The notes: generated by a model from the letters alone, not told the origin. Shown: positions 17,249 through 27,934, counted from the first letter of the stretch. The stretch is 64,000 bases of DNA from Solirubrobacteraceae bacterium (GCA_035702765.1 DASSZV010000021.1:1002-65001); one strand, 5' to 3'. Numbers and translations: made by a program.

Positions 17249-19858
17249 CTACCCAGCGCGGTGGGCGGAGATGATCAGGTCGGCGACCAGCCCGGTCCAG
17301 CCGGTCTGGTGGCAGGCGCCCAAGCCGGCGCCGGTGTCGCCGTGGAAATACTCGTGGAAGGGCACATTGTCCGCCCAGGCGGCGGGCATCCCCGGGTAGC
17401 TGGCCAGGACGGGCCGCTGGCCGTCGGCGTCGCGGCGGAAGATCGCGATGAGCCGATCCTGGAGGTCGGCGCGGATCTCCTCCAAGGTGCAGCGGCGACC
17501 GCTGCCGCGCGGGTACTCGAAGGTCGCCGGGCCCAGTCGGCTCGCGTAGCGCCCCAGGGCGCCGACGACCAGGTGGTTCACCGGGAACCAGATGGGGCCC
17601 CGCCAGTTGGAGTTGCCGCCGAACAGGGGCGTCGTCGACTCGGCCGGCTCGTAATCGACGCTGGCGGTCATCTCTCCGCCGATCCAGAACTCGAACGGGC
17701 GCCCGCGGTAGGCGGCCGACAGGGCCCGCAGGCCGTGGGGGGAGAGGAACTCCGCCGGGTCGGCGATCCGCTCGATGACCCGGGGGAGCCGGTCATGGCC
17801 GACAAGGGCCATGAGCATCGACTTGCCGTCCTCGGCGGGCCGCACGAAGGCCCGAGCCTCGGGGTGGCGCTGGAGGTAGTCGGCCACGCGGCGGTTGAAC
17901 TCGTGCAGGTGCGCGGTGTCGACCGAGTCGGCGGCTGCCACGGCACACAGCGGGATGAGGCCGGTCATCGAGCGCACGCGCACCGGCCAGGCCTCACCGT
18001 CGGCGGGACGGCGCACCCGGTCGTAGTAGAAGCCATCGGCCTCGTCCCACAGGCCGTGGGCGTTGATCGCCTCGGCGATGAGCACGAAGTGCTCGAAGAA
18101 CTTCACCGCGACGTCCTCATAGGCACGGTCCTGGCGGGCGAGCACGAGCGCGATCTCGAGCATCGAGAGGCAGTACAGGGCCATCCAGCCGGTGCCGTCG
18201 GCCTGTTCGAGGGTGAGCCCGTCGGGGAGCGGCGCCGAGCGGTCAAACGGGCCGACGTTGTCCATGCCGAGGAACCCGCCGCCGAAGAGGTTGTTGCCCT
18301 CCGGGTCCTTGACATTGGCCCACCACGTGAACGACAGCAGCAGCTTGTGAAACATGCGCACCAGCCACTCACGGTCACGGCCACCGTCGATTTCGAACAC
18401 CGCGAGGGTGGCGATCGCGTGCACCGGCGGGTTCACATCGTCGAAATTCCACTCGTAGGCGGGCAGCTTGCCCGCAGGATGCATGTACCACTCACGCATG
18501 ATCAGCCGCAGCTGACCCTTAGCGAAGCCGGGGTCGACGTGGGCCAGCGCGATGGCATGGAAGGCGAGATCCCATGCCGCGTACCAGGGGTATTCCCATG
18601 TGTCGGGCATCGAGATGATGTCGCGGTTGGACAGGTGACGCCAACCGTGGTTGCGCCCGGTCAGCCGTTGCGCGGGTGGCACCGGCTGGCCGGGGTCACC
18701 GTCGAGCCAGCGAGCCACGTCGAGGTGGTAGAACTGCTTGGACCACAGCATCCCAGCCAGGGCCTGGCGCAGGATGCGCTGCTCATCCGGGTCGGCCCCG
18801 GGGGCGAGAGTGGCGTAGAAGGCGTCGGCCTCCTGCTCTCGCTGGGCGAGGACCGTCGCGAGCTCGGGACGGTCGGCGGCGAGGGTCGAGGTGTCACGGA
18901 GGCGCAGGTGAACCTCCTGGGTGACCCCCGCGGGGACCGCGAGGGTGTACCACAGCGCCGCCTTCGTGCCGGTGAGCTGTGGATTCACGGTGGGGCTGGT
19001 GCCGCCCGACAGCACATGGTCGGCGATGCCGTCCTTGGGATAGGGCACCGCGGTGGGGCTATCGGGGAAGATGCGCCGGCGGTTGGTCTCGTTGTCACAG
19101 AACAGTGACCGCGGTGCTGCGGTTGCCGCCGGGCCGGCGTGGGTGAGGACCATCGTGGGCCGTCCCGCGTCGGCGGCCATGAGGCCGCCCCCGGAGGTGG
19201 CGGTGATCCGCGGCCGGGCCACGTCCGGATCCCAACTCCAGCGGTTGCGGAACCACAGCGTGGGCAGCAGGTGCAGCACGGCGGCGTCAGGACCGCGGTT
19301 GGTCACCGACACGCGCAGGCAGAGATCCTCAGGGGCGCCCTTGGCGTAGTCGACGGTCACCTCCCAGTAGCGGTCCTCGGCGAAGATCCCCGTGTCGAGC
19401 AGTTCGTACTCGGGCTGGGTGCGGTCCCGAGCGGCGTTGGTCGCCCGCAGGTCCTCGTAGGGGAAGGCGGCCTGGGGGTAGACGTAGCGCCAGCGCATCC
19501 ACGAGTGGCTCGGGGTGGAGTCGAGGTACCACCACAGCTCCTTGGCGTCCTCGCCGTGATTGCCCTGGTCGCCGGTGAGGCCGAAGATGCGCTCCTTGAG
19601 GATCGGGTCGACGCCGTTCCAGAAGGCGAAGGCGAGGCACAGGTGTTGATCCTCATCGCAGATCCCGCCCAGCCCGTCCTCGGACCAGCGGTAGGCCCGC
19701 GAGCGCGCCTGATCGTGGGGGAAGGACGACCAGGCGTCCCCGTCGGCGGAGTAGTCCTCCCGGACCGTTCCCCAGGCCCGCTCGGACAGGTAGGGCCCCC
19801 AGCGCCGCCAGGCGGGGTCCTCGCGGCGGGCATGCTCGGCGGTGATCGGCTCGGCCAT
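17249..19858 (-). CDS. GH63-like (MGH1-like) glucosidase
   Basis: Motifs WGPYLSERAWGTVREDYS, MPDTWEYPWYAAWD, GNSNWRGPIWFP and FHEYFHGDTG. Confidence 0.9.
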   Translation of the reverse strand: MAEPITAEHARREDPAWRRWGPYLSERAWGTVREDYSADGDAWSSFPHDQARSRAYRWSEDGLGGICDEDQHLCLAFAFWNGVDPILKERIFGLTGDQGNHGEDAKELWWYLDSTPSHSWMRWRYVYPQAAFPYEDLRATNAARDRTQPEYELLDTGIFAEDRYWEVTVDYAKGAPEDLCLRVSVTNRGPDAAVLHLLPTLWFRNRWSWDPDVARPRITATSGGGLMAADAGRPTMVLTHAGPAATAAPRSLFCDNETNRRRIFPDSPTAVPYPKDGIADHVLSGGTSPTVNPQLTGTKAALWYTLAVPAGVTQEVHLRLRDTSTLAADRPELATVLAQREQEADAFYATLAPGADPDEQRILRQALAGMLWSKQFYHLDVARWLDGDPGQPVPPAQRLTGRNHGWRHLSNRDIISMPDTWEYPWYAAWDLAFHAIALAHVDPGFAKGQLRLIMREWYMHPAGKLPAYEWNFDDVNPPVHAIATLAVFEIDGGRDREWLVRMFHKLLLSFTWWANVKDPEGNNLFGGGFLGMDNVGPFDRSAPLPDGLTLEQADGTGWMALYCLSMLEIALVLARQDRAYEDVAVKFFEHFVLIAEAINAHGLWDEADGFYYDRVRRPADGEAWPVRVRSMTGLIPLCAVAAADSVDTAHLHEFNRRVADYLQRHPEARAFVRPAEDGKSMLMALVGHDRLPRVIERIADPAEFLSPHGLRALSAAYRGRPFEFWIGGEMTASVDYEPAESTTPLFGGNSNWRGPIWFPVNHLVVGALGRYASRLGPATFEYPRGSGRRCTLEEIRADLQDRLIAIFRRDADGQRPVLASYPGMPAAWADNVPFHEYFHGDTGAGLGACHQTGWTGLVADLIISAHRAG

Positions 19859-20146
19859 GTCCGGACCCTAATGACTCGGCGCCGCCAGCGTGCAGCCGGG
19901 AGGCCGAGCGTCCCGGCTGCCGTCGGCGGGAGGCGCAAAGACCGAGTGGGATGAACTGACTCCCGCGTTCGTGGTCGGTCCCGGGTCGCATGTTGGCATC
20001 GGCAGCCGGTGGACGCCGACGAGGCACATCATCAGGCGGTTCAGGGGTTCTAGCACCAACTCTCAGGCTCAAGCTCAGCCTCAGGATGCCCCCGTCGGCA
20101 ACGAGTCCTGCAGCCCTGGCGCTCCACGGCCCCGGCGACCCACCGG

Positions 20147-20950
20147 TCAGGCGGGGGGGTGCAGACGCGCGCCCTGGGCCCGGGCCAGGCCGTCGGCGAC
20201 GAGGGTGGCCGCTGCCTCGCGCTCGTCCGCGTCGAGGCCGTCGAGGTCCAGCGCGCCGGCGTGGAGCAGGCGGGCGAGCAGCCGGCCCCGGCGCTCGCGC
20301 AGGCTGCCCCGGTAGGGCTTCTGTCGCCGCGGGGGCGCCGTCGCGCCGTGGGGGTCCAGTCGCCCCGGGCATGCCTCCCGCACCGGACAGGCCGCACAAT
20401 CAGGGCGGGCTCGACAGACGCGCTGGCCGAACTCCATCAGCGCCTGGCCGCTGCGCCAGGGGTCGACGGTGATGTCCACCCCGTTGGGGAACCGGCGGGC
20501 GAGCACCCGGTTGACGTTCACGTCGCGGGGCAGCACCGGCTCTTCGCGGGCGAAGCAGCGGATGGCCGCGGCGATGTAGGGACCCACCCCGGGCAGCTCC
20601 TGCAGGTCCTCGGGCCAGCCGTGGGCCACGACGTGAGCCGCCCCACGGTGCAGGTCACGGGCTCGGCGGGGATAGCCCAGGCCCTGCCACTCGACGAGGA
20701 CCTCGGCCAGGGACGCGGCGGCGAGGGCCTCGACCCGCGGCCAGCGGGCCATCCAGCGCTCCCAGACGTTCACCGCGCGCAGCACCGAGGTCTGGACCGA
20801 CATCACCTCGGCCACCCAGATCGCGTAGTCATCCCGGCTCGCCCGCCAGGGCAGTTCTCGACGGTGATGCTCCCACCAGACGACGATGCGCGCCCGCGTG
20901 CGGGCCGAGTCCGCCGCCGGCTCAGAGCGTGGGTCCGGAGCGAGCGACAA
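20147..20950 (-). CDS. mutY: A/G-specific adenine glycosylase (short actinobacterial form); start approximate
   Basis: Motifs RELPWR, AEVMSVQT, WQGLGYPRRAR, the HhH LPGVGPY and a C..C..C..C Fe-S loop. Confidence 0.85.
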   Translation of the reverse strand: MSLAPDPRSEPAADSARTRARIVVWWEHHRRELPWRASRDDYAIWVAEVMSVQTSVLRAVNVWERWMARWPRVEALAAASLAEVLVEWQGLGYPRRARDLHRGAAHVVAHGWPEDLQELPGVGPYIAAAIRCFAREEPVLPRDVNVNRVLARRFPNGVDITVDPWRSGQALMEFGQRVCRARPDCAACPVREACPGRLDPHGATAPPRRQKPYRGSLRERRGRLLARLLHAGALDLDGLDADEREAAATLVADGLARAQGARLHPPA

Positions 20951-21024
20951 CGCTGGGGGGTGGGGACGCGGCGACGCCGGGTAGCGCCACCGACAGGGCC
21001 GTGCGGAGGGAGTCCGTCGGGTGA

Positions 21025-21096
21025 TGGGCACGGGTGGTTTCGAACCACCGACCTCTCGCGTGTGAAGCGAGCGCTCTCCCACTGAGCTACGCGCCC
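21025..21096 (-). tRNA. tRNA-Val(CAC)
   Basis: Reverse complement GGGCGCGTAGCTCAGTGGGAGAGCG...TTCACAC...GGTTCGAAACCACCCGTGCCCA. Confidence 0.95.
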
Positions 21097-21340
21097 TCGG
21101 AGTCGCTGAGCTTAGCGTGGAGGAGCGGCGATTCCGACCCGTCGGGCGGCGGGCGCGCCGGGCCCGCGGCACACGCAGGTTCGCACCACGCCCCGTGCCC
21201 TGATGAGAACCGCGAGGCGGGCCGCAACTCTGACCCCCCGGCGTTGTTATCACCGGTGTCTTTCGGCATGCCGAGACGTCGGGTTTTCAGTCGGTGACGC
21301 TCACGCAGGGACGCACCGGGCAACGATCAGGGGGCACTCG

Positions 21341-24300
21341 ATGCAGCAACGCGCACATCTCTCCACGCGGTGGTCGACCATCCGGACCAGCCGGCTCACG
21401 CCGCGGCGGTGGCCGGGGCGCCTGCGGACACCGGCGATGGCCGCGATCCTCGCGCTGGTCGCCACCGGGGCAATCCTCAGCGCCGGGGCAGCGCGAGCCA
21501 CCGTGCCCAGCGGCACCCACCAGGTCCCCGGCTGGCTCTCGGGCATCGCCCGCGCGACACGCCTCGGGGCTCCGCCGGCGGGCACGCGCATGACCATCGG
21601 CGTCGCGATCGCCAACCCGCACCAGGCGGCTGAAGATGCCCTGCAGGCGGCGATGTACACCCCCACAAGTCCCGAGTACCACCACTTCCTCACCGTCGCG
21701 CAGTTCCAGCGCCGGTTCGGGGTGCCCGCCGCGACCACGCGCTCAGTGGCGGGATTCCTCAGCGCCGGGGGGCTGCAGATCTTCCACGTCGAGCGCGGCG
21801 GCGGCTACATCCTCGCCTCCGGCACCGTCACCCAACTGGACCGCCTGCTGAAGCTGACCGTCGGCCGTTACAGCTTCCACGGCCACGTCTTCCTCGCCAA
21901 CAACGTGGCTCCGTCGGTGCCCAACGGGCTGCCCGTGCGGGCGATCCTCGGGCTCAACACGGTGGACAAGATGACCCTGGCGGACCTCACCGGCCACCGG
22001 CTCGCTGCGTTGCACCGGGCTGAGCGTCTGGCGGCGGTTCGCGCCTACCTCGCGCATGAGCACGCACTCGCCGGGCCCGGAACGCTGATCCCCGGCGTCG
22101 GCATCCAGTCCGGGAATGAGCAGGTGTACACCCCCCAGGAGCTGTGGGGGATCTACAACATGCCCGGAGCCGCCACGCTTCCGGACCCCAGCACCGGCCT
22201 CACCACTCCCGCCACGCTGGAGAGCTCCCATGACGCGCTCGGTCAGGGCCAGACCATCGGCATCATCGGTGAGGGTGAGACCTCCAGCGTGACCGCGCAG
22301 CTGCGGTTGTTCGAATCCGCGCTCGGTCTGCCCAAGATCCCCGTGCGGACGGTGGAGACCGAGGGCGGTCCCGACAGCGCCTACGGGGACAACACCGGGG
22401 CGATCGAGTGGTACCTGGACTCGCAATCCTCGACCGGGATGGCGCCTGACGCCAAGCAGCTCGACTTCTTCTTCGCCAAGACCCTGTTCGACGCCGACAT
22501 CCTCTCGGCCTTCAGCGCCTGGGCCAATGATCCGACCGGCCCGACGGAGATGAACGCGAGCTTCGGCGAGTGCGAGGCCAACCCGACCAACCCGGTCACC
22601 GGGCCGCTGGCCCAGCAGCCGTACGGAACCGAACTCGGGGACGAGCTGGAGGCCGGTGCCGAGCCGATCCTCGAGCAGGCGACGATGGAGGGCCGGACGC
22701 TGTTCGCCGCCGCCGGTGACACCGGTTCGGGCTGCCCGGAAGTGGCGATCCCCGTGCTCGGGGCCGGAAACGGCGTCGCGCCCCAACCCGTACCACTGGT
22801 CAACTACCCGTGCGCCAGCGCCTACGTCGTGTGCGTGGGCGGCACCGTCGTTTCCTCACCGGGTACCACCTACGCCACCGGCGCCACCAAGCAGTCGGCG
22901 ATGACGTCCTGGAGCACCGGTGGCGGCGGAACCAGCGCGTTCATTCCCGCCCCGGCCTGGCAGACCAAGGTCGCCAACATCACCCACACCTGCGTCGCCA
23001 ATGCCTCGGGCAGCGACGTGTACACGACCAATGCTCCGCTGTGCCGCGGCGTCCCCGACGTCTCGGATCTGTCCGGGAACATCACCGGGGACGGCTACTT
23101 CATCTACATCGACGGAGAGCCGTCATCGGAGGGAGGCACGAGCCTCTCCAGCCCGCTGATGATGGGCCAGTGGGCGCGCATCCAGTCAGCGGCCAGCGCC
23201 CCCGTCCAATCCGCCGGCGGCGACGGCTTCGCCGCCCCGCTCATCTACCGGTTGGCCGCCAGCGCCGACAGCTGCTCGCTGGCGCCCTGCACGGGCCAGT
23301 ACGCGCAGGACTTCTACGACATCACCCAGTCCGAGACCGATACCGGCAACGGCGTCTACCAGCCAGGACCGGGCTGGGACTACGCCTCGGGCTGGGGATC
23401 GCTGAACGTCGCGAACTTCATGCAGGACGCTGACGGGGAGACGACGTCGCCGACCGCCTACACGGGTGAGGAGCGCCCGGCCTTCCGGGTCTGCACCGCG
23501 AGCATGGGCTCTCCGCTGGGCAACGCCACCGATCCCGTGGACGTCAGCCTGGGCAACCAGCCGGGAGCCGATCTCACCCAGGCCACGCTGAGTTCCCTCA
23601 CGGCGGGGAAGATCACCGCCACCTGGACGGTGCCCCAGCTTTCCCAGGGGGTTCCGCCGGACTCCGAGACGCTCACCTTCTACATGGCCTGGCAGTACCA
23701 CGGGCTGGTGTACTACGCCGAGGCCCAGGAATCCCCCGGGGGGAGCTTCACCTACGGCTCCGGAAACACAGGTCCGTTTGAGACCAACGGTTCCCCCAAC
23801 GCGGGCTCCTACACCAACACCGCCAGCTCGGCCGCCACGGGCAGCGTCGTCACGGCGACCGGGGTGATCACCGTGACGATTCCCGCCTCTGAGGTGGGAT
23901 CCCCCGCGGCCGGTGCGCTGCTCAGCGACCCCCAGGCCTTTGACCGGGTGTCGTTGGGGACGATCGACAGTGCGGACAACCTGCGCGCGTATTCGGTCGA
24001 CGGCGGTGCGCTGGATTCGGTCGGCGTGGATGTCGTCGTCGGCGGCCGGGGGTGCTCGGACACCCTGCCGCCCGTGAGGGGAGCCGGCGCGACCTCTCAG
24101 CCCCCGAGCCAGCCCGGGACATCGTCGGCGCCGGCCAACTCGGGAGGCCGGTCCAACGCCCAGACGTCGACGACGCCGGGGTCATCCTCCGGTGCGCAGA
24201 CGTCGACGACCCCGCGGTCCTCGTCCGAGGCCCAGGGGTCGACGGGCTCCGGCGCGCCGTCTGGCTCCCCGTCCTCGGCGAGCTCGGGTGGGGCGCCGAG

Positions 24301-24745
24301 CTCGGCAGCGCCGCGGGCGGCGGGGACTCGCCCGGCCGCCCGGCCCGCCCGAGGGCGGCGCTCGTCAACGTGCCAGGTCCGCTCGCGGACGCCCTTGATC
24401 CGGATCATGCATGCCCGGCTGAGCGGGCGGCTGATCAGGGTGTCGGGCGCCGCCCAGGCACGTTGTCCCGGTCGGGTCGTTCGTGTCGGCGTCGCGGTCG
24501 CGCGGGTTCGGCGCGTCGGACCCCGGACTGAGTGCGCCTTCCTCACCCCTCGCCACCGGTTCGGCGCCTTCGGCAGCTGCCGGCCGCGGGACTACCTCAC
24601 CGCTCGCGGGACGGCACGGTGGACCTTCCGCGCGGCGGCCCGCCTCACCTCCGGCACCGTCCGGATCTGGGCGCACGCGGTCGACGATCGGGGTCGCATC
24701 ACGCACGCGCCCCCCTCCAGATTGATCACGCGGCGTGTAGGCTGA
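21341..24745 (+). CDS. Secreted S53 peptidase (sedolisin/kumamolisin family), paralog 1
   Basis: Pro-domain YHHFLT..QF..RFG, catalytic EWYLD, AGDTG and GGTSLSSP, Ca-site GWDYASGWGS, and C-terminal extensions. Start uncertain (21341 or 21437). Confidence 0.92.
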   Translation: MQQRAHLSTRWSTIRTSRLTPRRWPGRLRTPAMAAILALVATGAILSAGAARATVPSGTHQVPGWLSGIARATRLGAPPAGTRMTIGVAIANPHQAAEDALQAAMYTPTSPEYHHFLTVAQFQRRFGVPAATTRSVAGFLSAGGLQIFHVERGGGYILASGTVTQLDRLLKLTVGRYSFHGHVFLANNVAPSVPNGLPVRAILGLNTVDKMTLADLTGHRLAALHRAERLAAVRAYLAHEHALAGPGTLIPGVGIQSGNEQVYTPQELWGIYNMPGAATLPDPSTGLTTPATLESSHDALGQGQTIGIIGEGETSSVTAQLRLFESALGLPKIPVRTVETEGGPDSAYGDNTGAIEWYLDSQSSTGMAPDAKQLDFFFAKTLFDADILSAFSAWANDPTGPTEMNASFGECEANPTNPVTGPLAQQPYGTELGDELEAGAEPILEQATMEGRTLFAAAGDTGSGCPEVAIPVLGAGNGVAPQPVPLVNYPCASAYVVCVGGTVVSSPGTTYATGATKQSAMTSWSTGGGGTSAFIPAPAWQTKVANITHTCVANASGSDVYTTNAPLCRGVPDVSDLSGNITGDGYFIYIDGEPSSEGGTSLSSPLMMGQWARIQSAASAPVQSAGGDGFAAPLIYRLAASADSCSLAPCTGQYAQDFYDITQSETDTGNGVYQPGPGWDYASGWGSLNVANFMQDADGETTSPTAYTGEERPAFRVCTASMGSPLGNATDPVDVSLGNQPGADLTQATLSSLTAGKITATWTVPQLSQGVPPDSETLTFYMAWQYHGLVYYAEAQESPGGSFTYGSGNTGPFETNGSPNAGSYTNTASSAATGSVVTATGVITVTIPASEVGSPAAGALLSDPQAFDRVSLGTIDSADNLRAYSVDGGALDSVGVDVVVGGRGCSDTLPPVRGAGATSQPPSQPGTSSAPANSGGRSNAQTSTTPGSSSGAQTSTTPRSSSEAQGSTGSGAPSGSPSSASSGGAPSSAAPRAAGTRPAARPARGRRSSTCQVRSRTPLIRIMHARLSGRLIRVSGAAQARCPGRVVRVGVAVARVRRVGPRTECAFLTPRHRFGAFGSCRPRDYLTARGTARWTFRAAARLTSGTVRIWAHAVDDRGRITHAPPSRLITRRVG

Positions 24746-24751
24746 GCGCCC

Positions 24752-27700
24752 ATGAAGCACTCTTGCGCCGGTGGCCGTTCACGGATGCCCGGCGCGAGGG
24801 TGCTCGCCCTCGTCGCGCTGCTGGCCGCGGCGGTGTCGGCAGGCCTGACCGGCGTCGCCCCATCGGCGGCGCGCGCGCGGGCCGCGGCGGTCAGGCAGGT
24901 CCCCGGGGTGCTGGCCGGCCTTCACCTGGCGCGCCTGCTCCAGGCGGCTCCCGCCAATCGCCGGCTCAGTATCGGCGTCGGCATCGCCCGCCCAGACACG
25001 GCGGGTGAGCTCGCCCTCTATCACCAGCTGTACGACCGCTCGAGCCCGCTCTACCACCACTTCCTCACCCCTGCGCAGTTCCAGGCGCGCTTCGGCGTGA
25101 CGCCGGCGACGACCGCGGCGGTGCGCGGCTTCCTCACCTCCGGCGGCCTCAGCATCACCTCGGCCTCGGCCGGTGGGGACCTCTTCACCGCTACGGGCAC
25201 GGTTGCCCAGCTGGACCGGCTCTTCCGCGTCCGCATCGGTGACTACGCCTACCGCGGACGCCGCTTCCTGGCCAATGACGTCGCGCCCTGGGTCCCGGCG
25301 AACCTGCCGATCGACGCGGTGGTCGGTCTGGAGAGCCTCACCCACTTCGGCACCGCCGCGCTCTCGCCCCATCAGGTGGCCGGGGTCACCCGCGCCAACG
25401 CGACCGTGGCCCGGGCGCGTCGGCTGCTCATCGGGGCGCGGCGGGGTGCGACGGCGCGGCCGGCCCTGGGGCTGCCCATCACCGTGTCCAAGGTCGGTAC
25501 CGAGCAGACCTACACCCCTCAGGACCTCTGGGGCCTCTACGACGCGCCCGGGGCCGGCCCGCTCACCAACGCCGACGGACTGAGCACGCCGGCGACGGTC
25601 GCAGCGTCGCGCTACACCCTGGGCCAGGGCCAGATCATGGGCGTGTTCACCGAGGGTGACGACTCCAGCGTGATCAAGAACCTGCGTCTGTTCGAGGCGA
25701 CCACCGGCCTGCCCAAGGTGCCGGTGCGCATCGTGGAGACCGAGGGCGTGCCCGACTCCGCCTACTCTGACAACTCCGGGGCGATCGAGTGGTACCTGGA
25801 TTCGCAGTCCTCCACCGCGATGGCGCCCGATGTCAAGCAACTGGACCTCTTCACCGCCAAGACCTTCGGTGACCCTGATGTCGCCAAGGAATTCGACTTC
25901 TGGGCCAACGATGCCCACGGTCCGCGGGAGATGAACGCCTCCTTCGGTGAGTGCGAGCAGAACCCGACCCTGCCGATCACCGGCCCGCTGGGCAACCTGC
26001 CCGCCGGCGTCGCCCTCGGAGGGATGATGGAGAGCCTCGCCGACCCGGCGCTGCGGCAGGCCACCATGGAGGGCCGCACGCTGTTCGCCTCCGCCGGGGA
26101 CACCGGTTCGGGCTGTCCGACCCTTGTGGCTCCGATCATCGGGGCGGGCAACGGCATCGCCATCCAACCCGTGCCCTTCCAGAACTATCCGTGCGTCTCG
26201 GACTACGTCGTGTGCGTCGGGGGCACCACTCCCTCCTCCAAGGGCGCCGGCTACCCCGCCGCCGCCCAGCGCGCCAACGAGCAGGCGTGGACCTACACCG
26301 GCGGCGGGTCGTCGTTCTTCAACCCGGCGCCGGACTACCAGAGGAACGTCGCCAACCTCAACACCCGGTGCGTCTCCAACGACACCGGCACGACGGTGTA
26401 CGCGCCCGGCACGGCGCCACTGTGCCGGGGGGTACCGGACGTGGCGGACATGTCCGGCGGCGGCAATGACTGGTTCTTCTTCTACCAGGATGGTGAACCC
26501 TCGATTGAGGGCGGAACCAGCCTCTCCAGTCCGCTGATGATGGGCCAGTGGGCCCGCGTCCAGGCGGCAGCCGCCCCGGCCGCCCAGAACCGCGGCGGGC
26601 TCGGCTTCGCCAACGAGACGATCTACCGCCAGGCCGCCTCGGCCGACCGCTGCACCACGGCCCCCTGTGGCGGGACCTACGCCCGGGACTTCTTCGACAT
26701 CACCCAGGCCGAGGACATCGGGGACGTGCCCGGGGGCCAGACGGGCGTCACGCTCCCCGTGGGCGTAGGGCTGTCCAACGGGGCCTATGCCCCCGGTCCC
26801 GGCTGGGACTACACCACCGGTTGGGGCGCCATCAACGACGCCAACTTCATCCAGGACGTCGATGGCACCCAGAACGCCGCTCTGGCCTCCACCGGGCAGG
26901 AGCGGCCGGCCGTGAAGCTGTGCAGGGCGTCGATGACCAGCCCCCTGGGGAACGCCACCGACGCCGTCACCTCGACGAATGACCCGGGCCTCGACCTCTC
27001 CGGGGCGTCGCTGAGCACCCAGGGCTCGAACATCGTCGCCACCCTCACGGTGCCCAAGCTCTCGGCCGGTCTGCCGCCTACCGCGCTGGCCGGCGCGCGC
27101 TTCATCGTGGCCTGGTCCTCCCACGGCGAGGTCTATGACGCCGACGCTGAGGAGTCCGCGGGCGGCGCCTTCAGCTACCACGCCGAAAACACCGGCATGG
27201 CCTTCGCCAAGGGGCTGCCCCAGAACAATCAGTACACCGACACCGCCACGGTCACCGGGAGCGTCGACCGCGCGACCGGGACGATCACCATCACCGTGCC
27301 TGCCGCGGACGTGGGCAACCCGCCCGCCGGGGCACTGCTCTCGGACCCCCAGGCGTTCTCCCAGGAGCAGCTGGCCGTGCTGTCCATCACCGTCGACTCC
27401 GCCGACAGCCTGCGCGGCGCCTCCCGCGACGCCGGCCAGCTCGACTCGATCGGCGCCGACGTGGTGATGGGCGGGAAGGGCTGCGCGAACACCCTGCCGG
27501 CCACGAGCCTGTCCACGGCCCAGACCGGTGTCCTGGCCCGGGGGGCGACTCCGCGGTCGGGATCCGGCGCCCGCCGCGCGCCCACCACCGCGATCACCCA
27601 CACGGCGTTCTCACGTGAGCGGTTCGGTCTGGCCGGAACCGCGCGGGCCTTCGACGGCCACCGCGTGACGCGCGTGGAGGTGGCCATCGCCCGCGTCGTG

Positions 27701-27934
27701 CGCCGTCACGGTCGGCGGCTGTGCGCCTTCCTCACCCGGGCGCGCCGCTTCAGCGCTCCGGGTGGCTGCCGGCCGCGGGACTACCTGGCCGCCCGCGGGC
27801 GGACACGCTGGACCTTCGCGATCACGCGCCGGTTCGCCCCCGGCGTCTACTTCCTGTGGGAGAAGGCCCGCGACAGCGCCGGACTGTCGACCCGCAACGT
27901 CGCGGCCCGCCACGTCTTCATCCGCGTGAGGTAG
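24752..27934 (+). CDS. Secreted S53 peptidase, paralog 2
   Basis: Same motifs (EWYLD, SAGDTG, GGTSLSSP, GWDYTTGWG) and colinear with paralog 1. Confidence 0.92.
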   Translation: MKHSCAGGRSRMPGARVLALVALLAAAVSAGLTGVAPSAARARAAAVRQVPGVLAGLHLARLLQAAPANRRLSIGVGIARPDTAGELALYHQLYDRSSPLYHHFLTPAQFQARFGVTPATTAAVRGFLTSGGLSITSASAGGDLFTATGTVAQLDRLFRVRIGDYAYRGRRFLANDVAPWVPANLPIDAVVGLESLTHFGTAALSPHQVAGVTRANATVARARRLLIGARRGATARPALGLPITVSKVGTEQTYTPQDLWGLYDAPGAGPLTNADGLSTPATVAASRYTLGQGQIMGVFTEGDDSSVIKNLRLFEATTGLPKVPVRIVETEGVPDSAYSDNSGAIEWYLDSQSSTAMAPDVKQLDLFTAKTFGDPDVAKEFDFWANDAHGPREMNASFGECEQNPTLPITGPLGNLPAGVALGGMMESLADPALRQATMEGRTLFASAGDTGSGCPTLVAPIIGAGNGIAIQPVPFQNYPCVSDYVVCVGGTTPSSKGAGYPAAAQRANEQAWTYTGGGSSFFNPAPDYQRNVANLNTRCVSNDTGTTVYAPGTAPLCRGVPDVADMSGGGNDWFFFYQDGEPSIEGGTSLSSPLMMGQWARVQAAAAPAAQNRGGLGFANETIYRQAASADRCTTAPCGGTYARDFFDITQAEDIGDVPGGQTGVTLPVGVGLSNGAYAPGPGWDYTTGWGAINDANFIQDVDGTQNAALASTGQERPAVKLCRASMTSPLGNATDAVTSTNDPGLDLSGASLSTQGSNIVATLTVPKLSAGLPPTALAGARFIVAWSSHGEVYDADAEESAGGAFSYHAENTGMAFAKGLPQNNQYTDTATVTGSVDRATGTITITVPAADVGNPPAGALLSDPQAFSQEQLAVLSITVDSADSLRGASRDAGQLDSIGADVVMGGKGCANTLPATSLSTAQTGVLARGATPRSGSGARRAPTTAITHTAFSRERFGLAGTARAFDGHRVTRVEVAIARVVRRHGRRLCAFLTRARRFSAPGGCRPRDYLAARGRTRWTFAITRRFAPGVYFLWEKARDSAGLSTRNVAARHVFIRVR

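Noticed and set aside
19868-20085. 63-aa ORF and a CTCAGG-like 6-mer repeat between the glucosidase and mutY
   Set aside because: TTG start, no RBS or motif and atypical codons; the repeat is short and degenerate.
20147-20950. MutY lacking the C-terminal 8-oxoG (NUDIX-like) domain as a pseudogene
   Set aside because: The frame is intact, and short MutY forms are normal in Actinobacteria.
21025-21096. tRNA genes lack an encoded CCA
   Set aside because: This is common in Actinobacteria; CCA is added enzymatically.
24161-24232. 36-nt direct repeat inside S53 paralog 1
   Set aside because: It is an in-frame linker duplication (QTSTTPxSSSxA), not a CRISPR or mobile feature.
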